From contig CAMJCK010000011.1 of assembly GCA_946404125.1 (NCBI GenBank), positions 5,932 to 69,931 on the forward strand: 64,000 bases of DNA, written 5' to 3'. The notes beneath the pieces were generated by a model, which was not told where the DNA came from, did no database searches, and saw only the letters and a list, made by a program, of their open reading frames with translations. The position numbers and the translations under genes were made by a program. Source of the DNA: an uncultured Bacteroidota bacterium (lineage in GTDB: Bacteria; Bacteroidota; Bacteroidia; Bacteroidales; SZUA-534). Position 1 is the stretch's first letter. Each line of letters begins with the position of its first letter. Shown here one piece after another: positions 8,688 through 17,373 of this stretch.

Positions 8688-9245
8688 ATGAGCATCTTCG
8701 ATATTCTCATCATTGCCGTTGCGCTGGCAATGGACTGCTTTTCGGTGTCGGTGGCCGCGGGTGTGGCCATTGAGCGCCCGCGTTTTCGCACGGTGCTGGT
8801 TATGGCCGTTTTCTTCGGTGGTTTCCAAGGGCTTATGCCGGTTATTGGTTGGCTCACCGGTGGCAGTGTTGCTCATCTTATTCAGGCATTCGACCATTGG
8901 GTGGCTTTCGGTTTGTTGGCGTTCATCGGCGGAGGAATGATTCGAGAGTCGCTCGCGGGCGAGGAGAATAGGCCGCTTGATGTTACCAGAGTCAAGACTC
9001 TGTTTGAGCTTGCCGTCGCCACCAGCGTTGATGCTCTTGTGGTGGGTGTCGATTTGGGACTGATGCAGAACGCATTGGTTGTGCCGGCACTGATTATCGC
9101 CGCAGTGTCGTTCCTGCTGACGATTGTCGGTTTTTACCTTGGCGTTTATTTCAAGCGCATCTGCAAGTTCAACTTCGGGCTAGTCGGCGGCATTGTCCTC
9201 ATCTGCATCGGCCTGAAGATACTCATTGAGCACTTGATGAGCTGA
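8688..9245 (+). CDS. mntP: Manganese efflux pump MntP family
   Basis: ALAMDCFSVSV, FGGFQGLMP, DHWVAF, ATSVDAL motifs; about 6 TM segments. Confidence 0.9.
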   Translation: MSIFDILIIAVALAMDCFSVSVAAGVAIERPRFRTVLVMAVFFGGFQGLMPVIGWLTGGSVAHLIQAFDHWVAFGLLAFIGGGMIRESLAGEENRPLDVTRVKTLFELAVATSVDALVVGVDLGLMQNALVVPALIIAAVSFLLTIVGFYLGVYFKRICKFNFGLVGGIVLICIGLKILIEHLMS

Positions 9246-9282
9246 TGATTGTGATTGGTTATTACTGTGGACTTTTGTCCAA

Positions 9283-11406
9283 CTATCTTGCACCCAGTTC
9301 TTTAATCAATATCTCGTCAATGCTGCATTTTTTCTCTTGCGACTTTTTGATTGACGCCAAAATACGTTTGTCATCGTTCAGCCAAGTGTTAAGATTGACA
9401 GCGTTGTAGCGATTCCGATTCTCAAACACAGCACGTCTGGTAATGTCAGTATATGCGTTCTCAAAATAATTATCGGGAATCTTTTTCGTGTTTATTGGGA
9501 TATGTGAAATGTAGTCGTAGGCCAACCCGAAATGTTTTTTATTATATTGAGAAACAGCCATATTATAGAGGGCCGGCTGGTTTTCTGATGATATATTCAA
9601 CACTCGCTCGCAAGCCATAATTGCGTCATCATATTGTTCGCATTTTATGTACGATGTGCTTAGTGCCAAGAGCGTCAAAATGTGGTATGGTGCCACCTCC
9701 AAGGCCTGGTTAAATGCCACAATCGCAGCTTTGTCGTTGCCGCTCATCGACAGGGCAATACCCCTGAAATATAGTGTCGGAGCAGTGTAATTGTTGACAG
9801 TGTATGATTGCTGGTCGGCTTTGCGTGTCATCAGAATTACTTTTTGCCAATCTCCTTTGTAATAGTTTTTTAAGAGTTTTAGGTTTGCGTTTTCCCCGTC
9901 GTAGAATTGCAGCGATTGCACAAGTCCCACAATTGCAATGGCCGTGCAGAAGGCTATCAGCGCGGCAGTCGGAGCGATTTTGCGCTGTTCGGTGTTTTCG
10001 CTTTCGTTGCGATTGTCGGTCAGCACAATAGCGCAGAGCGAGAGCAGGACCAGATTGTGCTCAATGCGTTCGTGCGGATAGTCGAGCAACGAAACGAATA
10101 TCCATCCAATCAAAGCTGATACGGCTAAAACATTGAACGTTAGTATGCTTTTGTCGTTAGTCCGTTTAATGTTGGAATAGCCTATGGCAATAATTCCGAC
10201 AAAGAACACCAAATATCCTAACAGACCGATGATTCCTACCTCCGAGGCGAACCAGAGATAATCGTTGTGGGGGCGCTGGTAGGTCAAAGAGCCCTCGCGC
10301 AGTTTCTCGCCGAACTCGTCCACCCCGTATTTCGGAATCATAATCTGCCATTGTCCCGGACCCGAACCAATCAGCGGATGTTCTTTAATCATATCGATAG
10401 TCTTCTCCCAGATTATCTTGCGCATTGCCACCGACGATTCTCCGTGTTCGTTGTCGCGGTAACCGTATTTCTCTGGATTAATGGTCAGAAGGAAGCGTTC
10501 TTTTATGGTTTGCTCGATTTGCGTGTCGGTCAGGCTTACAATGCCAACACCTACGATTATTGCTGCTACTGGAGCCGCAATCAGCGCGATTTTTATACGT
10601 TTGTCAGTAGGTTGCCCTGTTTTACGCGGTTTGATGCGCAGCATATACACATATAATATAATAGCGGCAACGCCTGCCGATAGCAGAATTGCTCCAATCA
10701 CAGTACGGGTGAGCAAAAACGTTACTAAAGTCAAGTTGCTAATAACGATGATTATGCCAATACCAAACCATACCGCAGAGGTTATGCTATGCCGTTTAAG
10801 GTTGAAAATGTGGTAGATGGCTGTCGGCAGTGTTATGAATAGCAGCGATGCCAGAAGGTTTTTGTTTGAGCAGGTTGAGTAAATCCCCTCCATTATCTGG
10901 GTTAGATAGTACGACCTGTGCTGAGTGGCGGCTCTGTATTTGCTGAAATCGGCATTAGCCAGCTGCACTAAGGCTATGCCGATGAAAATGGCGCTGGTCA
11001 CTGTAATGGTCTTAATCAGAATATCGCGCATCTGCGGGTTGGCCTTCAGCATCTGATAAATCACAAAGAACCACATACATAGCATAAACTCTTTTGCGAT
11101 GTGGAAAAATGCCTCGTGGCCGTTAATCACGTTCACACACGAAACAATGTGCATTAGCATAAAAAGCGCCATTCCACCAAATATCACCGATTCGGTGCGG
11201 TCAAAGCTGAAACGTCCGCCTTTAATTGCGTAAATTACCATAATAGGTATCGATGCAAGCAAAAATACGGATAGTGCTACTTGGCGGGGCATAAGTGATG
11301 CGTCCATCATTGTGTCATCAGCCCATATGGTTGGAATTATGAGCATAAAAACCGAGGTTAATACGCCCGGAATCAAATTCTTGATTTTTTCAAACGAGAT
11401 ATTCAT
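9283..11406 (-). CDS. O-antigen ligase (Wzy_C)-like polytopic membrane protein with C-terminal TPRs
   Basis: Many TM segments; R..IW...MIKEHPLIGSGPG, PHNDYLW..SEVGIIG; TPR-like C-terminus. Confidence 0.82.
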   Translation of the reverse strand: MNISFEKIKNLIPGVLTSVFMLIIPTIWADDTMMDASLMPRQVALSVFLLASIPIMVIYAIKGGRFSFDRTESVIFGGMALFMLMHIVSCVNVINGHEAFFHIAKEFMLCMWFFVIYQMLKANPQMRDILIKTITVTSAIFIGIALVQLANADFSKYRAATQHRSYYLTQIMEGIYSTCSNKNLLASLLFITLPTAIYHIFNLKRHSITSAVWFGIGIIIVISNLTLVTFLLTRTVIGAILLSAGVAAIILYVYMLRIKPRKTGQPTDKRIKIALIAAPVAAIIVGVGIVSLTDTQIEQTIKERFLLTINPEKYGYRDNEHGESSVAMRKIIWEKTIDMIKEHPLIGSGPGQWQIMIPKYGVDEFGEKLREGSLTYQRPHNDYLWFASEVGIIGLLGYLVFFVGIIAIGYSNIKRTNDKSILTFNVLAVSALIGWIFVSLLDYPHERIEHNLVLLSLCAIVLTDNRNESENTEQRKIAPTAALIAFCTAIAIVGLVQSLQFYDGENANLKLLKNYYKGDWQKVILMTRKADQQSYTVNNYTAPTLYFRGIALSMSGNDKAAIVAFNQALEVAPYHILTLLALSTSYIKCEQYDDAIMACERVLNISSENQPALYNMAVSQYNKKHFGLAYDYISHIPINTKKIPDNYFENAYTDITRRAVFENRNRYNAVNLNTWLNDDKRILASIKKSQEKKCSIDEILIKELGAR

Positions 11407-11661
11407 TGTTGATAGCTATTTGCCGCAAAAATAATTTTCATTTTGTAACATATATATATATGAGGCATTATTTTCCCGTTAAACGGGATTTGTTGCTGAT
11501 GCATTGAAAGATAATAATTGCCGATTTGTCTAAAGATGATGGCCGTTGGTTTGAAAAAAAACATTTTTTATAAAAAAAAAGCTGATACACGTTCGTATGT
11601 AATGTTTTTTAGTACTTTTATTGCAGTTTCTGTTATGAAAAATTATAGAAGATTGAAGGTT

Positions 11662-12168
11662 ATGAAACGTATATTAATTTTGATTTTTGCAATCGTTAGC
11701 GTTAATATCTGCATCGCTCAGGATGCTAAATACAAGGCTATGTTTATCTACAACTTCACAAGGCAGATAGACTGGCCTGCAAGTGAGAAAAGCGGCGATT
11801 TCATAATTTGTGTGGTTAATCAAAACGAGATTCTTAATTATCTCAAAACAGCCGTCAATGGTAAAATGGTTGGAACTCAGCCGATTACGGTGGTGGGAGT
11901 GAAGTCGGTCGATGAAATTTCGAAATGCCACATTCTTTATTTGTCGTTCGCCGACAGCAAAGCAGACAAACTTGATGCTTTGGTTTCAAAGTTGGGCAAT
12001 TCGCCGTCGCTGATTGTAACCGACCGTCCCGGCTCGCTGAAACACGGAGCGTGCATCAATTTCCTGATGATGGACGATGTGCTGAAATTTGAGTTGAACA
12101 AGGCAGCGGCAACCGACCGCAAACTGCAGGTTAGCGCGCAACTTGAGGGCAAGGCATATAACAACTGA
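11662..12168 (+). CDS. YfiR family (DUF4154) exported protein
   Basis: Signal peptide MKRILILIFAIVSVNICIAQ; KAMFIYNFTRQIDWP, CHILY, INF...LKFELN motifs. Confidence 0.82.
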   Translation: MKRILILIFAIVSVNICIAQDAKYKAMFIYNFTRQIDWPASEKSGDFIICVVNQNEILNYLKTAVNGKMVGTQPITVVGVKSVDEISKCHILYLSFADSKADKLDALVSKLGNSPSLIVTDRPGSLKHGACINFLMMDDVLKFELNKAAATDRKLQVSAQLEGKAYNN

Positions 12169-12192
12169 AGCCAGGCAGACGAAAAAATGAAC

Positions 12193-12221
12193 AGACATCC
12201 ACTTGTGGGTGTCTTTTTTTT
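12193..12221 (+). terminator. Rho-independent terminator
   Basis: AGACATCCAC/GTGGGTGTCT stem followed by a T8 tract. Confidence 0.7.
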
Positions 12222-12386
12222 GCTTTGCCCAAAGCTCTTGAATAGTGGGCTTCCGGCGTCGGTTGGGACTAAAAAAACGGGATTTTTTAAGGTCGTTGAA
12301 TAAAAAAAAATAAAAATGCCGATTTTGTGGGGCTTACCTAAATAAAAATTCTATTTTTGGTGTAAAACAAATAAATGTTTTAAGCA

Positions 12387-14390
12387 ATGAATGCTCGTCT
12401 TACAATTTCTAATAAACTGCTTATCGGTTTTGGCTCGGTGCTTTTGGTTGTAATCGCCAATGGCTTGGTAACTTATTCAACATCAAATGCTAACAGAAAG
12501 CTCAACGAGGACATCCTTAACATCTACAATCCCTCGCTGACAGGTTTGAACGAGTGCAATGCGATGGTGAACAACTCGCAGATGCTTATCAAAAACTGGG
12601 TTTGGATTGACCAAACTCCCAACACTCCCGACAAACGCAAGCTTCAGGCAATGCACGATGTGCAGTTTCCGAAGCTTCAGGCGGAACTGATGGAGATTTC
12701 GAAAAACTGGGAGCCGGAGGAACGTGAGGCCCTTGTTTCGATATTGACAAGTATCAGCGATACGCTGTTCAGCTACCACAAGGAGATTATGAACAGCCTG
12801 AAGTCGCTGCTCGACTATAATGACCAGTTCATTAAGATGGATGCGGAAATGAAAGTCGAAGAGGGCGGAGAGGTTATTGAAGCCACTTATAAAATATTGG
12901 AGCGGGTTGAAGCACTCACCGAGGTGATATCGAAAAAGACTGAGGATGCCAATAAGGAGATGGCCGCCTCGTTCGCCTGGTTCCAGAACTTCGTGGTTTA
13001 TTCGGTGTTTGTTATCGTGATAATTGTTCTGATAGTCAGCATTCTGACAGCACGAAGCATCGTTGTCCCGGTTTACAAACTGAAGGAATTCCTGATTACA
13101 ATGACCAAAGGTATCCTGCCAAAAGACAAGCTGGTTACCAACAATGATGAAATTGGCGATATGGGTGATGCTCTGAACGGCTTTATTGAGTCGTTGCGGA
13201 GGACATCGGAATTTGCAGTTGAGATTGGTAATGGTAATTATAATTCTGAATATGAGGCTCTTGGTGAGGAAGATACGCTTGGTAATGCGCTTCTTGAAAT
13301 GCGCAAGAACCTGCGCAGTTCCGATGAGGCCAACAAGAAACGCCAGCGTGAGGACGAAATCCGCAACTGGACAACCAAGGGCTTGGCAGATTTTGGTGAC
13401 ATTCTGCGCCACAACTCAGAAAATATGGATGTGCTGTCGAGCAATGTTATGCGTCATTTGATTGACTATCTTGGTGTCAACCAGGGTGCAATTTACATTC
13501 TGAACGAGCAAGACCCCGACAACCAGTTCTTCGAGATGAAGAGTGCGGTGGCTTACAACCGCGAGAAATACCTGAAGGTGAATTTCGGCACTACCGAAGG
13601 ATTGGTTGGCCGGTGCGCATTTGAGAAACTGCCTGTATATCTGAAAGAAATTCCTGAAGAATACATCAAACTTACATCAGGTTTGGGCGGTGCCGAGCCG
13701 AACTACCTGCTGCTGGTTCCATTGGTTATCAATGAGAAGGTGCTTGGTGTGGTTGAGTTGGCTTCGTTCAACGAAATACCTCAGTATCAGATTGATTTCT
13801 TGCAAACCTTGGGCGAGAATATCGCATCAACAATATCGAATGTGCGGATTACCGAACAGACCAACAAGCTACTGTCGGAGTCGAAGATGAGAGGCGAGGA
13901 GCTGTCGTCGCAAGAGGAGGAGCTGCGCCAGAATATGGAGGAGCTTCAGGCAACACAGGAGGAGTCGGTTCGTCGCGAAAGCGAAATGCGCCTGGCTATG
14001 GACGCCATCAACAACACGCTTGGCACTATCGACATCGATATGAACGGCACAGTGATGGCAGTCAACGATATGATGCTGCGCTTGTCGCACGTTGACATAA
14101 ACGAGTTTGTCGGCAAGCAGTTTGTCGACCTTTACGTCCACTCGGAAGAAGACCGTGAGCGTTTTGAGGAGGCGTGGTCGAAAGTTTTGATGGGTGATAG
14201 CTGCAATTACGAGGTTACCAGCAACTTCCAAGGAATAGAGGTTACATTCACGCATTCGCTCACTCCGTACATTAATCAAATGGGCGATGTGGAGCGCGTG
14301 TTCGACCTTGTGGTGAATACAACAGGGCAAAAGGAAATTAACGCGAAAATCACGGCATTAGCAGCTTCATATAATAAGAGTAAGGCATAA
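12387..14390 (+). CDS. Membrane sensor: TM - helical periplasmic domain - TM - HAMP - GAF - coiled coil - PAS, with no recognisable output domain
   Basis: Two TMs; HAMP DEIGDMGDALN; GAF GLVGRCAFEK...LLLVPL...VLGVVELAS; QEEELRQNMEELQATQEE coil; C-terminal PAS. Confidence 0.8.
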   Translation: MNARLTISNKLLIGFGSVLLVVIANGLVTYSTSNANRKLNEDILNIYNPSLTGLNECNAMVNNSQMLIKNWVWIDQTPNTPDKRKLQAMHDVQFPKLQAELMEISKNWEPEEREALVSILTSISDTLFSYHKEIMNSLKSLLDYNDQFIKMDAEMKVEEGGEVIEATYKILERVEALTEVISKKTEDANKEMAASFAWFQNFVVYSVFVIVIIVLIVSILTARSIVVPVYKLKEFLITMTKGILPKDKLVTNNDEIGDMGDALNGFIESLRRTSEFAVEIGNGNYNSEYEALGEEDTLGNALLEMRKNLRSSDEANKKRQREDEIRNWTTKGLADFGDILRHNSENMDVLSSNVMRHLIDYLGVNQGAIYILNEQDPDNQFFEMKSAVAYNREKYLKVNFGTTEGLVGRCAFEKLPVYLKEIPEEYIKLTSGLGGAEPNYLLLVPLVINEKVLGVVELASFNEIPQYQIDFLQTLGENIASTISNVRITEQTNKLLSESKMRGEELSSQEEELRQNMEELQATQEESVRRESEMRLAMDAINNTLGTIDIDMNGTVMAVNDMMLRLSHVDINEFVGKQFVDLYVHSEEDRERFEEAWSKVLMGDSCNYEVTSNFQGIEVTFTHSLTPYINQMGDVERVFDLVVNTTGQKEINAKITALAASYNKSKA

Positions 14391-14410
14391 GGAGTAACGC
14401 TACAAAATAG

Positions 14411-14448
14411 AAGCGCGGAAAATCGCTTGCCGACTTTCCGCGCTTTTT
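14411..14448. terminator. Terminator hairpin between convergent genes
   Basis: AAGCGCGGAAA...TTTCCGCGCTT followed by T-rich sequence. Confidence 0.7.
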
Positions 14449-14468
14449 CTGTTTTAATGGTTTCAATC

Positions 14469-15929
14469 TTACTTCACAGGCACATTCTTCAGCGTCTCGA
14501 CCACCCAGCGGAAGAAACGCTCAACCGACGCAATGTTGACTGCCTCGTCGGGTGAGTGCGGGTGAACCAGGTGCGGACCGCAGGCCACCATATCCCAATT
14601 GGGGTATTTCGAGCCCAGAATGCCGCATTCCAAACCTGCGTGAACGGCCTTGATTTCGGCTTCTTTTCCGAACACCGAAACCGAAGTGCGGCGCATCACG
14701 TCGAGAATGGCCGACTTCATATTCGGCTTCCAGCCAGGGTAGCCGCCGTCGAATTCGGCCTCGGCTTCGGCCATATTGAACACGCAGCGCATCTGCTCGG
14801 CCAAATCGGCTTTTGCCGACTCAACCGACGAGCGCAACAGACTCTTAACCACAATCTTATCGCCTTCGAGTTTCACAATCGCCAGGTTCGACGACGTCTC
14901 GACCAAGCCCGCAACATCGGCGCTCATTCGGGCCACGCCGTTGGGGCAGGCATAGACGGCCTTTGTCAGGCGGCTGCCAACGCCGTCCGATATGGCCTTT
15001 TCGGGCATTGCCGCGGGCTCAATGCTGACGCGCAAATCGGGGTCGACGGTGTTGAGTTCCGATTTGACAATCTGCTCATATTCAGCCACATCGGCAGCAA
15101 TCTTGTCGGCATAGAAATCGGGCACCAGAATGGTGGCGAACGCCTCGCGCGGAATGGCGTTGCGCAGACTTCCGCCCTGAATGTCGGCCAAACGGACGCC
15201 AAACTTCGCCATAGCGCCGTTCAAATATCTGAAAATGATTTTGTTGGCGTTGCCGCGACCAAGGTTAATGTCGATTCCCGAATGTCCGCCGCGTAAGCCC
15301 GTGACGCTCAGTTTGAACGCCTTGTGGTGCTCGGGCACGGGTTTCAATTTGGCGTCGAAAGTGAAGGTTCCGTTGACGCCGCCAGCGCAGCCCACGCAGA
15401 GTTCGCCCTCGTCCTCATAGTCGCAGTTGATAAGCATATCGCCCTGCAAAACTCCTGATTTAATGCCATTTGCGCCAGTCATTCCCGTTTCCTCGTCGCA
15501 GGTGAAAAGCGCCTCAAGCGGGCCGTGCGCAACATCTTTAGACGCCAGAATGGCCATTGCCGTGGCCACGCCCATACCGTTGTCGGCGCCCAGGGTTGTG
15601 CCAGTGGCCTTCACCCATTCGCCATCGACGCGCGGCTGCACGGGGTCGGCAAGCCAGTCGTGACGGACATCGCTGTTGGCCTGCGGCACCATATCCATAT
15701 GGCCCTGCAGAATGACGCCGCGGCGGTTTTCCATTCCAGGCGTTGCGGGCTTGCGGATTATCACGTTGCCAATCTCATCGGCAAAAGCCTCAAGACCAAG
15801 GTTTTTACCAAAATCGAGAAGAAACTTGCGCACCTTTTCCTCGTGCTTCGACGGACGCGGCACTTGCGTCAGTTGGTAGAAATAGTCCCAAACCGCCTTG
15901 GGTTCGAGATTCGATAGTGGATTACTCAT
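14469..15929 (-). CDS. pepD: Aminoacyl-histidine dipeptidase (M20C)
   Basis: PRPSKHEE, LQGHMDMV, TTLGADNGMG, DEETGM, GGHSG, HAGLECG, HSPDE motifs. Confidence 0.95.
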   Translation of the reverse strand: MSNPLSNLEPKAVWDYFYQLTQVPRPSKHEEKVRKFLLDFGKNLGLEAFADEIGNVIIRKPATPGMENRRGVILQGHMDMVPQANSDVRHDWLADPVQPRVDGEWVKATGTTLGADNGMGVATAMAILASKDVAHGPLEALFTCDEETGMTGANGIKSGVLQGDMLINCDYEDEGELCVGCAGGVNGTFTFDAKLKPVPEHHKAFKLSVTGLRGGHSGIDINLGRGNANKIIFRYLNGAMAKFGVRLADIQGGSLRNAIPREAFATILVPDFYADKIAADVAEYEQIVKSELNTVDPDLRVSIEPAAMPEKAISDGVGSRLTKAVYACPNGVARMSADVAGLVETSSNLAIVKLEGDKIVVKSLLRSSVESAKADLAEQMRCVFNMAEAEAEFDGGYPGWKPNMKSAILDVMRRTSVSVFGKEAEIKAVHAGLECGILGSKYPNWDMVACGPHLVHPHSPDEAVNIASVERFFRWVVETLKNVPVK

Positions 15930-15935
15930 AGTATT
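15822..15935. repeat. 114-bp direct repeat, copy 1 (pepD 5' end plus 6 nt upstream)
   Basis: Identical to 17108-17221 (offset 1286). Confidence 0.95.
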
Positions 15936-15970
15936 TTTGATTTTGATAGTGTATGTAGTTGATTTATAGA

Positions 15971-17059
15971 TTAATAATCATTTAATTGTGCTTCTATTTC
16001 TCCGATTGTCGGAATCATTCCTTCTACTTTGGTCGGATATAGTTTTTCCAACTCAAATTCTGAAATCCCAATAGGTTGACTACTACCTTCGAGTGAATAT
16101 TGTGCAATAGTATTGTCTTTCGACTTGCAGACGAGCAAACCTATGGTCGGATTGTCGTCGGGGCGTTTGAGTATATGGTTGCAAGCCACCACATAAGTAC
16201 TCAACTGCCCGATATCGCCAGGCGAAAACTTCTCAACTTTAACTTCGATTACAACATAACAACGCAGTTGCAAATGATAAAACAATAAATCGATAAAATT
16301 CTCTGTTTCACCTATTTGTAAACGATATTCCTTACCAACGTAGGCGAATCCAGTTCCTAACTCTATAAGAAAATCGGTTATGTTTGATAGCAAAGCCTTT
16401 TTGAGCAACGATTCGTTGTATTCGCCACGAATTTCAGCAAACGCAAAGTTGTAAGGGTCTTTTGTTATTTCTTTGGCAAGACCACTCATAGCATCGGGAA
16501 GCGTAACTTCAAAATTGTTTATCGCCTTGCCTTCGCGCTCATAAAGGTTTGTGTCAAGGAAATTTAACAGCATTGCACGGCTCCAGCCGTTTTCAACGGT
16601 TTTGTGAACAAAGAACAATGCCTTTCCAACATCACCGCCACATTTATCGATAATGTAACGGTGGTGCCCCCAAGGTATTGAAAACAAATCGCTTCCTATT
16701 TTTCCCACAAGTTGTGGGATTTTTTCGGACTCTAATTTTCCTACAAGTTGTGGGAATATTTCAGTTTCTTGATTATAAAGAAGATAGAACTTTTTGCAAT
16801 AGTAAATGTTCGATTTAGAAAAACCTTCCACATTGGGTAATTCGTGCTTCAAATCGTTGCTCAACTGCATTATCACGCTTTCGCCCCAACGTTCCTCGAT
16901 ATGCATCTCAACAATATCGCGACCAAGTAACCAATTGAACAGCAACTTTTCCTGATTTACCTTTATTGCCGCCTTGATTTGGCAATGACGATACCGAACC
17001 GAAAGTTCTTTCAGCCATTGCTTGTATTCCGAGTCAATTACGGATATGTTCCTGCTCAT
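15971..17059 (-). CDS. DUF1016 / YhcG family PD-(D/E)XK nuclease domain protein
   Basis: WG..VI.QLS.DL, GFS.SN, IPWGHH, KDPYNF, ELGTGFAYVG, IDLLFY...VVIEVK, NPTIGLLVC motifs; AT-rich. Confidence 0.92.
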   Translation of the reverse strand: MSRNISVIDSEYKQWLKELSVRYRHCQIKAAIKVNQEKLLFNWLLGRDIVEMHIEERWGESVIMQLSNDLKHELPNVEGFSKSNIYYCKKFYLLYNQETEIFPQLVGKLESEKIPQLVGKIGSDLFSIPWGHHRYIIDKCGGDVGKALFFVHKTVENGWSRAMLLNFLDTNLYEREGKAINNFEVTLPDAMSGLAKEITKDPYNFAFAEIRGEYNESLLKKALLSNITDFLIELGTGFAYVGKEYRLQIGETENFIDLLFYHLQLRCYVVIEVKVEKFSPGDIGQLSTYVVACNHILKRPDDNPTIGLLVCKSKDNTIAQYSLEGSSQPIGISEFELEKLYPTKVEGMIPTIGEIEAQLNDY

Positions 17060-17095
17060 AAATACTTGTCAATTCAAGATTCATTCTGTTAAATA

Positions 17096-17215
17096 TCAGC
17101 ACGTTTCAAACTTGCGCACCTTTTCCTCGTGCTTCGACGGACGCGGCACTTGCGTCAGTTGGTAGAAATAGTCCCAAACCGCCTTGGGTTCGAGATTCGA
17201 TAGTGGATTACTCAT
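17096..17215 (-). pseudogene. Truncated 5' copy of pepD (first 36 codons, then ETC*); repeat copy 2
   Basis: 17108-17221 is identical to 15822-15935; TGA stop at 17096-17098. Confidence 0.9.
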
Positions 17216-17373
17216 AGTATTGTTGTTTTTGAATTTCTAAATGTTCATACTATTGATTTCAAATGTTTTAACGGTAAATCGAATTAGCCGTAAATTGCTT
17301 TTCAATTTAAAAAATCATTTCAAAGTTTGAAAACAATTCGCTACATTTACGCATCACTAAAAAACTCACAATT

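Noticed and set aside
12483-13412. 309-aa minus-strand ORF (also 31666-32757, 38832-39686, 52911-53714 and similar)
   Set aside because: Antisense shadows of well-supported genes, caused by codon bias.
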